From Myxococcota bacterium (lineage in GTDB: Bacteria > Myxococcota_A > SURF-8): a stretch of DNA of 64,000 nt. Position 1 is the first letter of the stretch. Each line of letters opens with the position of its first letter. Shown in pieces: positions 28,253 to 38,080 of the stretch. The position numbers were made by a program, and so were the translations under genes. The stretch is taken from assembly GCA_963674735.2 (NCBI GenBank), contig CAXXQS010000002.1, positions 1,472,001-1,536,000 of the forward strand, given 5' to 3'. The notes below the pieces were generated by a model. It had not been told where the DNA came from. It was given only the letters and a program-made list of their open reading frames with translations, and did not search any database.

Positions 28253-30892
28253 GTGAGCGCCGCCAGGCGAACGCCACAAAAAGCAAGCCCGGCTGCACCG
28301 GATCAACCCGACCCGGGTTTGAAGCTGGAAATCTGGGGGCTTCTGCTCCTGGTGGCGGCGGTGTTGTTGCTGCTGTCGCTGCTCACCTACCAGCCCAGCG
28401 ATCCGGCCTTGTCGGAAGCGGAAGCCACGGCCCAAAACTGGATCGGTCGAGGCGGTGCCGCTGTGGCCGATGCCTTTCTTCAAGGGTTCGGCTATAGCGC
28501 TTATCTCGTCGCACTCGCCCTGGGCAGCATGGGCGTCCTGCTCGGTCTGCGCCGACCCGTGCGCCTGAAAGTCAAGTTGATCAGCGGCTTCGTGCTGTTC
28601 GCCCTTACCAGTTCCATCCTGTTCGGCCTGCTTTTGCCCGCCACCGGAATGGCCCATGCTCCGGGAGGACTCGTGGGAGCTCTCCTGACGCGCGGGCTCG
28701 AACCGGTTTTCGGGACGATCGGCCTGGGTATTCTCGCAAGCGTCCTGCTGGTGCTCAGTATCGTCATGGCCACCAACCTGCCGCCCTTGCGCAGCGCCGC
28801 GTTCCTCTCTCGACAAACCGGCCGCGGCCTGACGCTCCTCGGACGCCAGGGCTTGAGCGGAGCGCAAACCGGGTTGAAAAGCCTCAGAAAAACAGGCGGC
28901 TGGCTTTGGGAACGCCGTCAAAAACGCCGAGAAACTCTGGCCGCCAGGCGCGAAGTCGAAGCCGAGACGCCCGACGTCCAAGAAGAAACTACACCCGCCG
29001 CTCCCCCGCGCATTGTCGGCCAGAGCGCCCCACCGACGACCTCCCAGCCCGATAGCGAGGAAGCGGAAGCCGCCGCCGCGCGGGCCGGATTGCTGGATCG
29101 TGACGAACGCGAAGTCGTCATCACCGTGCGCCGCCAACCGCAAGACGGACCCGCCGAAAATTCCACAGCCCCCGCCGAGACGGAAGCCGTAAGCGTGGAA
29201 GAACCGACCGCGGATGCCGCAGACGATGAGCCGGTTGCGAAAAGCACTCCCCGCAAACGCCGTAAAAAGGCCTCCGAGGAAGGCGAGCCGGAAATCGTCG
29301 ATCAACGGCCCAAACGTGCCTCCGACCAGGAACTCAGCACCTCCGAGCTGACCGCCGAGGAAGTACCGAAAGAATACCAGCTTCCCTCGCTGTCGCTGCT
29401 GCATTACGAGGCCGACAACGATCACGAGTTGGATAAGGAACAGCTTTTCAGCAATGCGCGGCTGCTCGAACAAACTCTGCTCGACTATAAAATCGAGGGC
29501 AAGGTCACCGAAATCCATCCGGGACCGGTGGTCACCATGTACGAATTCGCCCCGGCGCGCGGCACCAAGCTCTCCCGCATCACCAACCTGGAAGACGACC
29601 TGGCCATGGCCCTGGCCGCTCTCAAGGTCCGCATCGTGGCCCCGATCCCCGGCAAGTCCGTGGTGGGTATCGAGGTGCCGTCGGCCAATCGCGAAACGGT
29701 CTACCTGAAGGAGATCATCGGCCACAAGCGCTTTACCGGTTCCAAAGGCAAACTGACCATCGCCCTGGGCAAGGATATCTTCGGCTATCCCATGGTGGCC
29801 GATCTGCAGAAAATGCCGCATCTGCTCATCGCGGGCGCGACCGGCGCGGGAAAATCGGTCGGCGTCAATGCCATGATTCTGTCTATTCTGTTCCGCTGCA
29901 CCCCCGAAGATGTGCGCTTCATCCTGATCGACCCCAAGCGCCTGGAATTCAACTTCTACGAAGGCATTCCGCACCTGCTGCTGCCCGTGGTCACCGATCC
30001 CAAGCAGGCCTCGCTGGCGCTCGGCTGGGTGGTGCACGAAATGGATACGCGCTATCAGACGCTCTCCGAATGGGGCGTGAAAAACATCGACAGCTTCAAT
30101 CGGCTGGTGCGCAAGCTCGATGAAGCGCGCGCCAAACGCGGCGGCGACATCGAACAGGTGATCGAGGAGTTCTCCCGTTCGGAAGGGGGCGACCTGCGCG
30201 CCCTGGCCGGTAAACTCAAAAAGAGTCCGCCCCCCAAACGCCTGCCCTTCATCATCGTCGTCATCGACGAATTGGCCGACCTGATGATGGTGGCGGGCAA
30301 AGAGGTGGAAGTCTCCATCGCCCGGCTGGCCCAGCTGGCGCGCGCCTCGGGAATCCACCTGCTGGTGGCCACCCAGCGCCCCTCCACCGACGTGTTGACC
30401 GGCTTGATCAAAAACAACTTCCCCGCCCGCATCAGCTATCGAGTTTCGCAAAAGGTGGATTCGCGCGTGATCATCGACCAAAACGGAGCGGAAGCGCTGC
30501 TGGGTCGCGGCGACATGCTCTTTTTGCCGGGGACGGGCGAGCTACAACGCATCCACGCCGCCTTCGTTTCGGAAAACGAAACCATCCAGGTGGTCGATTT
30601 CGTCAAGCGACAGCTCAAGCCGACCTACAAAACCGACATTCTGCAACGCATCGAAGCCCAGGCCGAGCAGGCCCAGGTGGAAGCCGGTGAGTACGATTCC
30701 GAATACGACAAGGCGGTCATGATCATCTGCGAAAGCGGCAAGGCCTCCATTTCCATGCTGCAACGCAAGCTGCGCATCGGCTACAACCGCGCCGCCCGCA
30801 TCATCGAAAAAATGGAAGAAGACGGCCTGGTGGGACCGTCCGACGGCGTGCGCGGCCGCCCGGTCTACGGCCGTCCCGCCCCGAAAGACTGA
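28253..30892 (+). CDS. ftsK: DNA translocase FtsK
   Basis: 4TM N-terminal domain, GPVVTMYE, PHLLIAGATGAGKS, DELADLM, ATQRPS, gamma domain LQRKLRIGYNRAARI. Confidence 0.98.
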   Translation: MSAARRTPQKASPAAPDQPDPGLKLEIWGLLLLVAAVLLLLSLLTYQPSDPALSEAEATAQNWIGRGGAAVADAFLQGFGYSAYLVALALGSMGVLLGLRRPVRLKVKLISGFVLFALTSSILFGLLLPATGMAHAPGGLVGALLTRGLEPVFGTIGLGILASVLLVLSIVMATNLPPLRSAAFLSRQTGRGLTLLGRQGLSGAQTGLKSLRKTGGWLWERRQKRRETLAARREVEAETPDVQEETTPAAPPRIVGQSAPPTTSQPDSEEAEAAAARAGLLDRDEREVVITVRRQPQDGPAENSTAPAETEAVSVEEPTADAADDEPVAKSTPRKRRKKASEEGEPEIVDQRPKRASDQELSTSELTAEEVPKEYQLPSLSLLHYEADNDHELDKEQLFSNARLLEQTLLDYKIEGKVTEIHPGPVVTMYEFAPARGTKLSRITNLEDDLAMALAALKVRIVAPIPGKSVVGIEVPSANRETVYLKEIIGHKRFTGSKGKLTIALGKDIFGYPMVADLQKMPHLLIAGATGAGKSVGVNAMILSILFRCTPEDVRFILIDPKRLEFNFYEGIPHLLLPVVTDPKQASLALGWVVHEMDTRYQTLSEWGVKNIDSFNRLVRKLDEARAKRGGDIEQVIEEFSRSEGGDLRALAGKLKKSPPPKRLPFIIVVIDELADLMMVAGKEVEVSIARLAQLARASGIHLLVATQRPSTDVLTGLIKNNFPARISYRVSQKVDSRVIIDQNGAEALLGRGDMLFLPGTGELQRIHAAFVSENETIQVVDFVKRQLKPTYKTDILQRIEAQAEQAQVEAGEYDSEYDKAVMIICESGKASISMLQRKLRIGYNRAARIIEKMEEDGLVGPSDGVRGRPVYGRPAPKD

Positions 30893-30999
30893 GCGGCAAA
30901 ACACCGCTTCATCACACCCGACTAATTTGCATGTCGCTGAAAATTCAGGTATAATAGGGGCTCGTTTTTCGTTAGTTCGATGGAGGGATCCAACATCCG

Positions 31000-31746
31000 A
31001 TGCTGAGCCGTCTCGTATCTACCCGCTTTGTTTCGATTCTTCTGATCGCTCTGGCCCTCGGCTGGGCGGTCCTGGCCATCGCCCAGAAGGCCGGAAGCAT
31101 CTCCGACAGCCAAACAGGCGTTAAACCCGACACCCCAGCCCTGGAAGTGACCCGGATCGTCGAGGCCGTGCGCGGCTACTACCAAAAAGCCGGAGACTTC
31201 TCTGCTACATTCAGCCAGGCCTACCACTCTAAGTTGACCCGCCGGGTGACCGAAAGCGGCGGCAAAGTCGACTTTGCCCAACCCATGAAAATGCGCTGGG
31301 AATACGATTCCCCCGACCGCAAAACCTTCGTGACCGACGGCAAAACCCTATGGGTGGCCAACTGGAAAAGCAAAGACGTCTCCGTGCGAAAAAACCTCAA
31401 GAGCAGCCAACTCGAATCGTCGCTGGCCTTTTTGTGGGGCGGCGGCGACCTGGCCGCCGATTACCGCATCGCCCGACTGGAATTGGCCAACGTGGAGGGC
31501 GTCGCCGAGGTCAACGGTCGGCAGGTGCTCGAATTGCTTCCCAAAAAACCCAATCAGTTCGAGGCGTTATACCTGATTCTGAACGCAACCACCTCCGCCA
31601 TCGAAGAAACCGTCCTGGTGGACGCGGTGGGCAACCGGAATCATCTGACCTTCAAGGATCTCAAACCCAAGCAAACATACCCGGAAGGTCATTTCCGTCT
31701 TCAGCTTCCCGGCAAAGACTGGACCGAAAAGCCGGTCGAATTCTAA
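31000..31746 (+). CDS. lolA: Outer-membrane lipoprotein carrier LolA
   Basis: FSATFSQ, PMKMRWEYDSP, FVTDGKTLW; conserved position after ftsK. Confidence 0.88.
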   Translation: MLSRLVSTRFVSILLIALALGWAVLAIAQKAGSISDSQTGVKPDTPALEVTRIVEAVRGYYQKAGDFSATFSQAYHSKLTRRVTESGGKVDFAQPMKMRWEYDSPDRKTFVTDGKTLWVANWKSKDVSVRKNLKSSQLESSLAFLWGGGDLAADYRIARLELANVEGVAEVNGRQVLELLPKKPNQFEALYLILNATTSAIEETVLVDAVGNRNHLTFKDLKPKQTYPEGHFRLQLPGKDWTEKPVEF

Positions 31747-31749
31747 ATC

Positions 31750-32295
31750 ATGTTTTTCAAACTACTACTGCTGCTGACCGTCGTTCCCGCGCTGGAACTG
31801 TATCTGCTGATTCATGTCGGGCGCGAAATCGGCGTTTTGGCCACCATCCTGATCATCATCGGCACCGGCGCACTGGGAGCGGCCCTGGCTCGCCGGGAGG
31901 GACTGCGCACGCTGCAGGCGGCACAGGAATCCCTCAATCGCGGGGCCGTACCGGCCGACGCCATGATCGACGGTCTGTTGATTCTGCTGGCCGGCGGCGT
32001 GCTGCTGACGCCCGGCTTCCTCACCGATCTGCTTGGATTTTTATTGCTGCTCCCGCCGCTGCGCGCCGTGGTGCGGGTGTGGCTCAAGCACACCTTCAAA
32101 GACCGGATCACCTTGCAAGGCATGGGCACGGGCGGCGCGGGCCCCTTCGGTCCGTTCTCCGGCGGCCCCAGGACATCCGGACCCAAGCCCGAGACGGATC
32201 CCTTCTCCTCCTCGGATAACCGCAGCAAAACGCAACCGACCCAACGGCCGGACATCGTCATACCACCGAAAAACGACCCGCCGACCGATCGCTGA
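31750..32295 (+). CDS. fxsA: FxsA family membrane protein
   Basis: VPALELYLLI..G, LLLTPGFLTDLLG. Confidence 0.92.
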   Translation: MFFKLLLLLTVVPALELYLLIHVGREIGVLATILIIIGTGALGAALARREGLRTLQAAQESLNRGAVPADAMIDGLLILLAGGVLLTPGFLTDLLGFLLLLPPLRAVVRVWLKHTFKDRITLQGMGTGGAGPFGPFSGGPRTSGPKPETDPFSSSDNRSKTQPTQRPDIVIPPKNDPPTDR

Positions 32296-32307
32296 TCCGG
32301 CCCGCCC

Positions 32308-33090
32308 TCAGCGGAAGTAGCCGGGCGGGACACCGGCCTTGCGCGCCTCCTCGCGGATCTTCGCGACTTCGGCGGCGGCGCGTGCCACATCGGCATTCAA
32401 ACGCTTGAGACGGCGTTCGTACTTGACGCGGCAGTCGGGATCGTACTCGGCCGTCACCCCGGGAATGGCCTGATTGCCGCAATCCGGGGGCGCATCTCGC
32501 ACATCGTCATGTATCCGCCTGGCCTTGGCCTCATTTTCGCGGGCCGCAAGCCAGCGCGTGCGCCACGCCTCATATTGCCGCTCCTGATTGGCCGCATCCG
32601 CCCGAAAGGGCTCGGGATCGTAATCCTGCACCGACGATCCCCCCGCCGAAGCGGGTCGCTCGACACGCTCCACCTCCTCCACCTGGTCCCGATACGCAGG
32701 CGGCACATCCTCGATATGCGAGGCGACGTGCGTCCGTCCCGTGATGTCGGTCCAACGGTAGAGAACGGTCGGGTCGCTTTCGAGCTTGGGGGGCTTATCC
32801 TTCCGATTTTGACGGGCGTGCCGCCGCGCTTGATCGATCAATTCCTCAAGCGTCGTCCCCGACTCCTGAAGCGCCGGAGCCAACGGCGGCGGCTGCAGAT
32901 CCGATTCCGGCACCTGCTCCGGTTCGGGCATGGGAGCAACCGGAAGCTTGGCCGCAGGCCGCTCCGAGGCGGCGGAAACATCCTTGGACGCCGCATCGGA
33001 CCCATTCGCCGATTCGTCATCGCAAGCCATGGCTCCCACTCCGATCAGTGCCAGCACCAGGATCCATTGCCAGACAGCCATGCGCGTCAT
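32308..33090 (-). CDS. Lipoprotein with DUF4124-like domain
   Basis: Lipobox GAMA-C; LYRWTD..G.TH....VPPAYR; ends EEARKAGVPPGYFR. Confidence 0.75.
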   Translation of the reverse strand: MTRMAVWQWILVLALIGVGAMACDDESANGSDAASKDVSAASERPAAKLPVAPMPEPEQVPESDLQPPPLAPALQESGTTLEELIDQARRHARQNRKDKPPKLESDPTVLYRWTDITGRTHVASHIEDVPPAYRDQVEEVERVERPASAGGSSVQDYDPEPFRADAANQERQYEAWRTRWLAARENEAKARRIHDDVRDAPPDCGNQAIPGVTAEYDPDCRVKYERRLKRLNADVARAAAEVAKIREEARKAGVPPGYFR

Positions 33091-33271
33091 CGTTCATCCT
33101 TTCACCTAGACTTTCGGTAGTTTAAATGATAGCACGCCTCGGATCCCGCGGCAACCGCGACCCTGAAAATGCGGTCGGATTCCCTTGCGTCCGCCCGCAC
33201 TTCGCGTTAAAGTTAGCGATTGATGATTCGGACTCGCCGTCCATCTTTGAAGCATTCGGCAAGGAGCTCTA

Positions 33272-34915
33272 ATGATGCAGAAACATTCATTCACCCGCAG
33301 CCTGGGGTTATGGCTCGTGTTCTCTCTGCTGGCCATGATGTTGGCCGCACCGGCCGAAGCGGCCCTCAGCGATATTGCCGCGGTTTCCGATCCAAGCAAC
33401 ATGGTTCTCGGCAATCCCAAAGGGGGAGCCAGCACCATGATGGCGGCCGCCAACGCGTTTTACAATCAAGGCTTTGAAGACGAATTCGATTTCCTGTTCG
33501 TCTTTCTGGTCTACGCCCCCACCATCTTCGACGATGCCGTCTTCCCCGACTCCTACCCGGTTCAACAGGGGCCCAGTGGAACCGGCGCACCCGCGCCCGC
33601 CTATACGCCCGGCCAGTTCGGCTCGGCGGGGCGTCTGAAAGTCGTCGGCGATCTGTTTGCGGTATCCAACTTCACCTCCAATCCTTCCGACGCCTGGAAA
33701 GCCTCCTCGCTTTCAAGCGCCAGTGCCTTCTCGCAGAAGGCGATGCTGGGACGCGCCATGATGCGCTATTGGGGCGGCTACCTCAAGCTTCCGGGAAGCA
33801 ACGCCAACGGACTGCTGGGCGCTTCCGGTTATTGGTCCTACTTCTTTGCAAACGGAGGCTCGGTTCTCGGCGGCAATGCGATCCGCTCCCTGACCCCCGG
33901 CGAATTCATCGCCGATGGAACGGCGCGCCACATCACCGACATCGACCGCTACCTGATGGGCGTTTTGCCCAAAGAAGACGTCGAACCGATGTTCTGGGTC
34001 AACAATCCGAACTCCGAACACAGCGCCTCCGACCTGCCCGACCCCGGCGGCGATTATTTCGAAGGAAACCAAATCGAAGTCACCATCGACGATATCATCA
34101 GCGAAAACGGACAGGTTGCGGAGATTCAACCCACCGAACTCCGTTGCGCCTTCGTTCTGATCTCGCCCGGAGCCGCCAACACCACCGACCTCACCAAGCT
34201 CGATAATCTGCGTCAGAGCTTCCAGAGCTGGGTTGCCACGCAGACCAACAACAAGATCACCATGAACTGCCGCCTCAGCGACGATCCGGCCGATGGCGAC
34301 GCTCCCGATGGCGACGAACCGCAGGAATGCATTCCGGGTAATAAGCGCTGTAATATCAAATCGGTTGAAGAATGTATCGGCAACAACCAGTGGCAATTCG
34401 TGGAAGACTGCGGCATCCGTGACCTCTTCTGTCAGGACGGCGCATGCGTCAGCGAAATCACCGACGGCGACGACCCGAACGACTGCCAATCGGGGCAAAC
34501 TCGCTGCAACGGCGACATGGTCGAACGCTGCGAAGGCGGAAGCTGGATGTACGTGGAAAATTGCGCCGACTTCAGCCTGGTCTGCTCGACGTCCTCGGGC
34601 TTGGCCGAATGCGTCGATCCCGACACCGTCGACGGCGACAGCAACCCCACCGATGGCGATACGACCCAACCGACCGACGGCGACGCACCGACGGTCGAAT
34701 GCACCTTGCCGACCGACTGTCCCTTCAACAACCGCTGCACCTCGGCGGGGCTGTGCGAACCCTGCGAAAGCGGTACGGAACTGCGCGACAACATCTGCTT
34801 CGCGGCCAACGAGGAAGAAGGCGGCGGCGGCGGTTGCCAAACAACCGGACACGTGGCCGGGGCATTCGCGCTTCTACTGCTGCTGGCGTTCTTCGGGCTG
34901 CGCCGACGCGCCTGA
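33272..34915 (+). CDS. Secreted Cys-rich protein with DGD linkers and MYXO-CTERM-like sorting tail
   Basis: Signal peptide (AEA cleavage), globular N-terminal domain, C.PG..RC repeats, C-terminal GGGGGC-x-hydrophobic-RRRA. Confidence 0.78.
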   Translation: MMQKHSFTRSLGLWLVFSLLAMMLAAPAEAALSDIAAVSDPSNMVLGNPKGGASTMMAAANAFYNQGFEDEFDFLFVFLVYAPTIFDDAVFPDSYPVQQGPSGTGAPAPAYTPGQFGSAGRLKVVGDLFAVSNFTSNPSDAWKASSLSSASAFSQKAMLGRAMMRYWGGYLKLPGSNANGLLGASGYWSYFFANGGSVLGGNAIRSLTPGEFIADGTARHITDIDRYLMGVLPKEDVEPMFWVNNPNSEHSASDLPDPGGDYFEGNQIEVTIDDIISENGQVAEIQPTELRCAFVLISPGAANTTDLTKLDNLRQSFQSWVATQTNNKITMNCRLSDDPADGDAPDGDEPQECIPGNKRCNIKSVEECIGNNQWQFVEDCGIRDLFCQDGACVSEITDGDDPNDCQSGQTRCNGDMVERCEGGSWMYVENCADFSLVCSTSSGLAECVDPDTVDGDSNPTDGDTTQPTDGDAPTVECTLPTDCPFNNRCTSAGLCEPCESGTELRDNICFAANEEEGGGGGCQTTGHVAGAFALLLLLAFFGLRRRA

Positions 34916-34982
34916 GCGCTCTCGATCCCACATCGCTGAAAAGCTCGGTCGACCCTTTGCGGGTCGGCCGTTTTTTTTGGGT
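34894..34982 (+). repeat. Right arm of the 89-bp inverted repeat; includes the intrinsic terminator at 34946-34978
   Basis: cggtcgaccctttgcgggtcggccg + T8; matches the reverse complement of 21604-21692. Confidence 0.95.
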
Positions 34983-35039
34983 TCAACTCCCGTTTCCGGA
35001 GAAAGCGGCTCGGATGGCGAGCCACGTTTTTCGCCAGCC

Positions 35040-35376
35040 GAATCGTCACGCGGATGGGCTTTGTAGTGGTACGTCGACCGTTGCAGCTTCACCAGCGCGG
35101 CGCTCCGCCAGACGGGCAGACCACGGTGCTTTGCGTGATCCACCGCCTCTTTTCGATGCGCCGCCTTCACCCGTTTATTTCCAACAGCTCCTTGGCTACA
35201 TCGAGTTCCAGATCCCGCTCGGCCAAAAGCCGTTTCAGCCGGGCATTCTCTTTTTCAAGCTCCTTGAGGCGCTTCGTCTCCTATAACCGACAGGCCCCCG
35301 AATGTCTTACGCCAGCGGTAATACGTCTGCTCGCTTACCCCGATTTCCTTACAGGCCTGCGAAACTGGACAAGCTT
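35040..35376 (-). mobile_element. Degenerate IS3-family fragment (end of orfA, start of orfB)
   Basis: Minus strand encodes VSQACKEIGVSEQTYYRWRK / (frameshift) KRLKELEKENARLKRLLAE and HRKEAVDHA..GLPVWRSAALVKLQRSTYHY; decayed A-rich frameshift window gaaataaacgggtga; truncated at both ends. Confidence 0.88.
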
Positions 35377-35388
35377 CGACGCTGCGTT

Positions 35389-36776
35389 TTACGGCGCGTC
35401 GGGAAACAGCTCGCTCAAGGCGTCCATCATCAGCGTCCGGTCTGCGGGCCGACGCTCACCGTGCGTTCGTAGGCGTACAGCGGGTTCTGCCATTCTTCGG
35501 CGCTCATGATGTAGCCGATTTCATCATTGGCCAATCCCAGCAGCATTTTGTAGCGTCCCGGCATCCGATCCTTGATGCGGAAACCCAGCGTCGGGGAGAT
35601 TTCGCCGGGAACGCTCGCCAAGGTCAGTGCGCCCAGATCGACGCGCCACACTTCGCTGTAGAGCATGTTGTTTTTCATCGAGCGGGTGAAAATGCCCTTT
35701 TGGCCGAGATACGTGAACACATCGTTTTCCACCGGGAATTTCACGAGCCGCCGATCGATGCGGATCTGATCGAGGTCGAGTCGGACGGCGTTATCCAGGG
35801 CGCGGCCGGTGTAGCTGGCCAAGACGGCCCCCGCCCGAATGGCCGCGTCACGGCGCAGGCGCACGTTGTTTTCGGTGTGGCGCGGCATGGCCGGGACGAC
35901 GATCACGCCCAATGCGCCGTTCATAAACAGCGCGATGCCGCCCTCCCGTTGTTCCACTTCGCGGTAGAGATAGCCCGGAAAGTCGGGGTGCAGCTCGTCG
36001 TTGTTTTGCCCCAAAAATTCGGCATGACAGGCGTAATTGACCAAGGTTCCGATGCTGCGGCCTTCGCGGTCGCGCGCCTGCAGAACGGTCAGGGCGTCGT
36101 CTTTAAGGCCGGGAACATGCGCGTTTTCGCTGATACCGGGCGGAATCGTCACCTCGTTGGCGAACAGCTCGGCCGGACGCGCGTTGAGGGCCGCTTGCAC
36201 GATGGCGGCCGCCACATCGCGTTCCACCCGATCCATGTAGCGTTCATCGATGCCGCTTTCGACCGGCAGGGCGAAAAAGGCCCACGAGCCCCACATGCCC
36301 AGCGTGTCGGGACCGGCGTGGGTGTGGGTCGAGGCGATCAGGATGTCTTTGCCGTATGTTTTCGAGACGCGCCCGCGCATATCCCAGATGCGGTCGTTCA
36401 TCAGGCCGACGAAATCGAGGTTGACGAGCACCAGCGTGTTACGGCCGTCGTCCAGCAGCAACACGCGCCCCGTGATGGGCATGCCCACACCGGCTGCTTT
36501 TTTATTCGGCATGTAACCGGCGATGTAGGTGCCGTGCGGGTTGGCCGGGGTCAGATCCACCATGGCCGCACCGGCCACCAAGGACGGCGACGACGCGGCC
36601 AGACGGCGCGCTTTCCAGCGGTCGAAGGCGCTCGGACCTTGCGCTTTCACCGGCTTGACGTCGGGGATGGTTTCGGGCCAGGTGAAGTTGGGCGGGTCGC
36701 AGGCCGACAAAGCCACCACGCCCAGAAACACCAAGATCGCCGATATGAAAGCTACGTTGAAAAGACGCGCCTGCAT
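35389..36776 (-). CDS. Neutral/alkaline ceramidase-like lipoprotein, with apparent 1-nt frameshift near the 3' end
   Basis: Lipobox ALSA-C, STHTHAGPD, NYACHAE, DFPG, VPGE, GLANDEIGY. Literal stop at 35430; a helical tail LMMDALSELFPDAP* continues in another frame to 35389. Confidence 0.75.
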
Positions 36777-37023
36777 GGGTGTAACCTCTTTGAATAAATG
36801 GATTAATCCAACTCGACCGTGCGGGATGCTACCACGACGAAGGAGGGGGGTCAAGGGTTCCGAGCGCCTATTAGGGCGTCGTGCAAAGGGCGGCTTGCGT
36901 TTGTGTATTGGGCCTGCGCGGCAGTTGTGCTACACTATGGGCTATTCCTCTATTCGCCGAACACGCTTCATTCGCGGGAGCGTTGGGCGTTTGTGACGGC
37001 GAAACGGATAGGAAGGAGGCCAG

Positions 37024-37563
37024 ATGCAGCGCTCCGTCGGCAAGCCGGTTCCCCCGGTCGCCCCCGATGTGGTCGTGCGGGGGGCGTTGCATTCGGATGT
37101 GGAGGCCGTGGCGGGTCTGTGGCGGCAATTGTTCAGTCTGCATGCCGAGTTGGACCCGGTGTTCACCCCGGCCGAGGACGGCCACGTGCATTATCGGCGC
37201 TGGGTGCGCTATCACCTCGACCGCCCCGATTCCATCGTGGTCGTCTCCGAGGTGGCGGAGGAGGTGGTCGGCTACGTGCTGGCCATTATCCAGACCCTGC
37301 CGCCGGTCTTGCGTTACCAGCGCATCGGGCTGATTTCCGATGCGGCGGTCGACGAACGGCATCGCAACCTCACCATCGGTCGCCAACTGGTGGCGGAGGT
37401 GGAACGCCGCCTGCAAGATCGGGGCGTACAGCGAATCGAACTCAAGTCCGCCAGCGCCAATTCGCAGGCCAACCACTTCTGGCAGGAGGTTTGCGGGTAT
37501 ATGGAGTTTGCCAAGGTGCGGGCGAAAATTTTCGATAACGGGAAGGATCATGAAAGCAGTTGA
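37024..37563 (+). CDS. GNAT family N-acetyltransferase
   Basis: AVDERHRNLTIGRQLV acetyl-CoA-binding motif, N.QANHFW; GGAGG RBS. Confidence 0.88.
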   Translation: MQRSVGKPVPPVAPDVVVRGALHSDVEAVAGLWRQLFSLHAELDPVFTPAEDGHVHYRRWVRYHLDRPDSIVVVSEVAEEVVGYVLAIIQTLPPVLRYQRIGLISDAAVDERHRNLTIGRQLVAEVERRLQDRGVQRIELKSASANSQANHFWQEVCGYMEFAKVRAKIFDNGKDHESS

Positions 37564-38080
37564 TAGAATGAAGCTGGTGCATGGCGACATCACCCGACAG
37601 CGGGTCGATGCGATCGTCAATGCCGCCAACAACGGGCTTCTGGGCGGCGGCGGAGTGGATGGCGCCATCCATCGGGCGGCGGGTCCGACCCTCCTGGAGG
37701 AATGTCGCCGTCTCAACGGTTGCGCCACCGGCGACGCCAAGGCGACCCAGGGCGGCCAGCTCATGGCGGGTTACGTGATCCATACGGTGGGGCCCGTGTA
37801 CAAAGGACGCGGCGACGAAGCCGCGCTGTTGGCCTCCTGCTATCGCCGCAGCTTGGAAGTGGCCGGTGAACTCCAAGCCGTGACCGTGGCGTTTCCCTCC
37901 ATTTCGACGGGCGTCTACGGCTACCCGATCGAGGAGGCCTGCCCGATCGTGCTCAAGACCGTCGCGGCTCAACTCGACATTCAAAAAGGAATACAGGAAG
38001 TTCGTTTTGTCTTATTCTCCAAAGAAAACCTCGATGTCTATCGCCACTATTTTCTCAAACTCTTCAGCCGCTCCGCTTAA
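37550..38080 (+). CDS. Macrodomain protein (O-acetyl-ADP-ribose deacetylase, YmdB-like)
   Basis: GDIT..VDAIVNAAN..LLGGGGVDGAIHRAAG, VIHTVGP, AFPSISTGVYGYP. Confidence 0.95.
   Translation: MKAVDRMKLVHGDITRQRVDAIVNAANNGLLGGGGVDGAIHRAAGPTLLEECRRLNGCATGDAKATQGGQLMAGYVIHTVGPVYKGRGDEAALLASCYRRSLEVAGELQAVTVAFPSISTGVYGYPIEEACPIVLKTVAAQLDIQKGIQEVRFVLFSKENLDVYRHYFLKLFSRSA

Noticed and set aside
34979-34991. GGGTTCAACTCCC resembling a tRNA T-arm or att remnant (also reversed at about 9725)
   Set aside because: No other tRNA arms; better explained as the MITE end.
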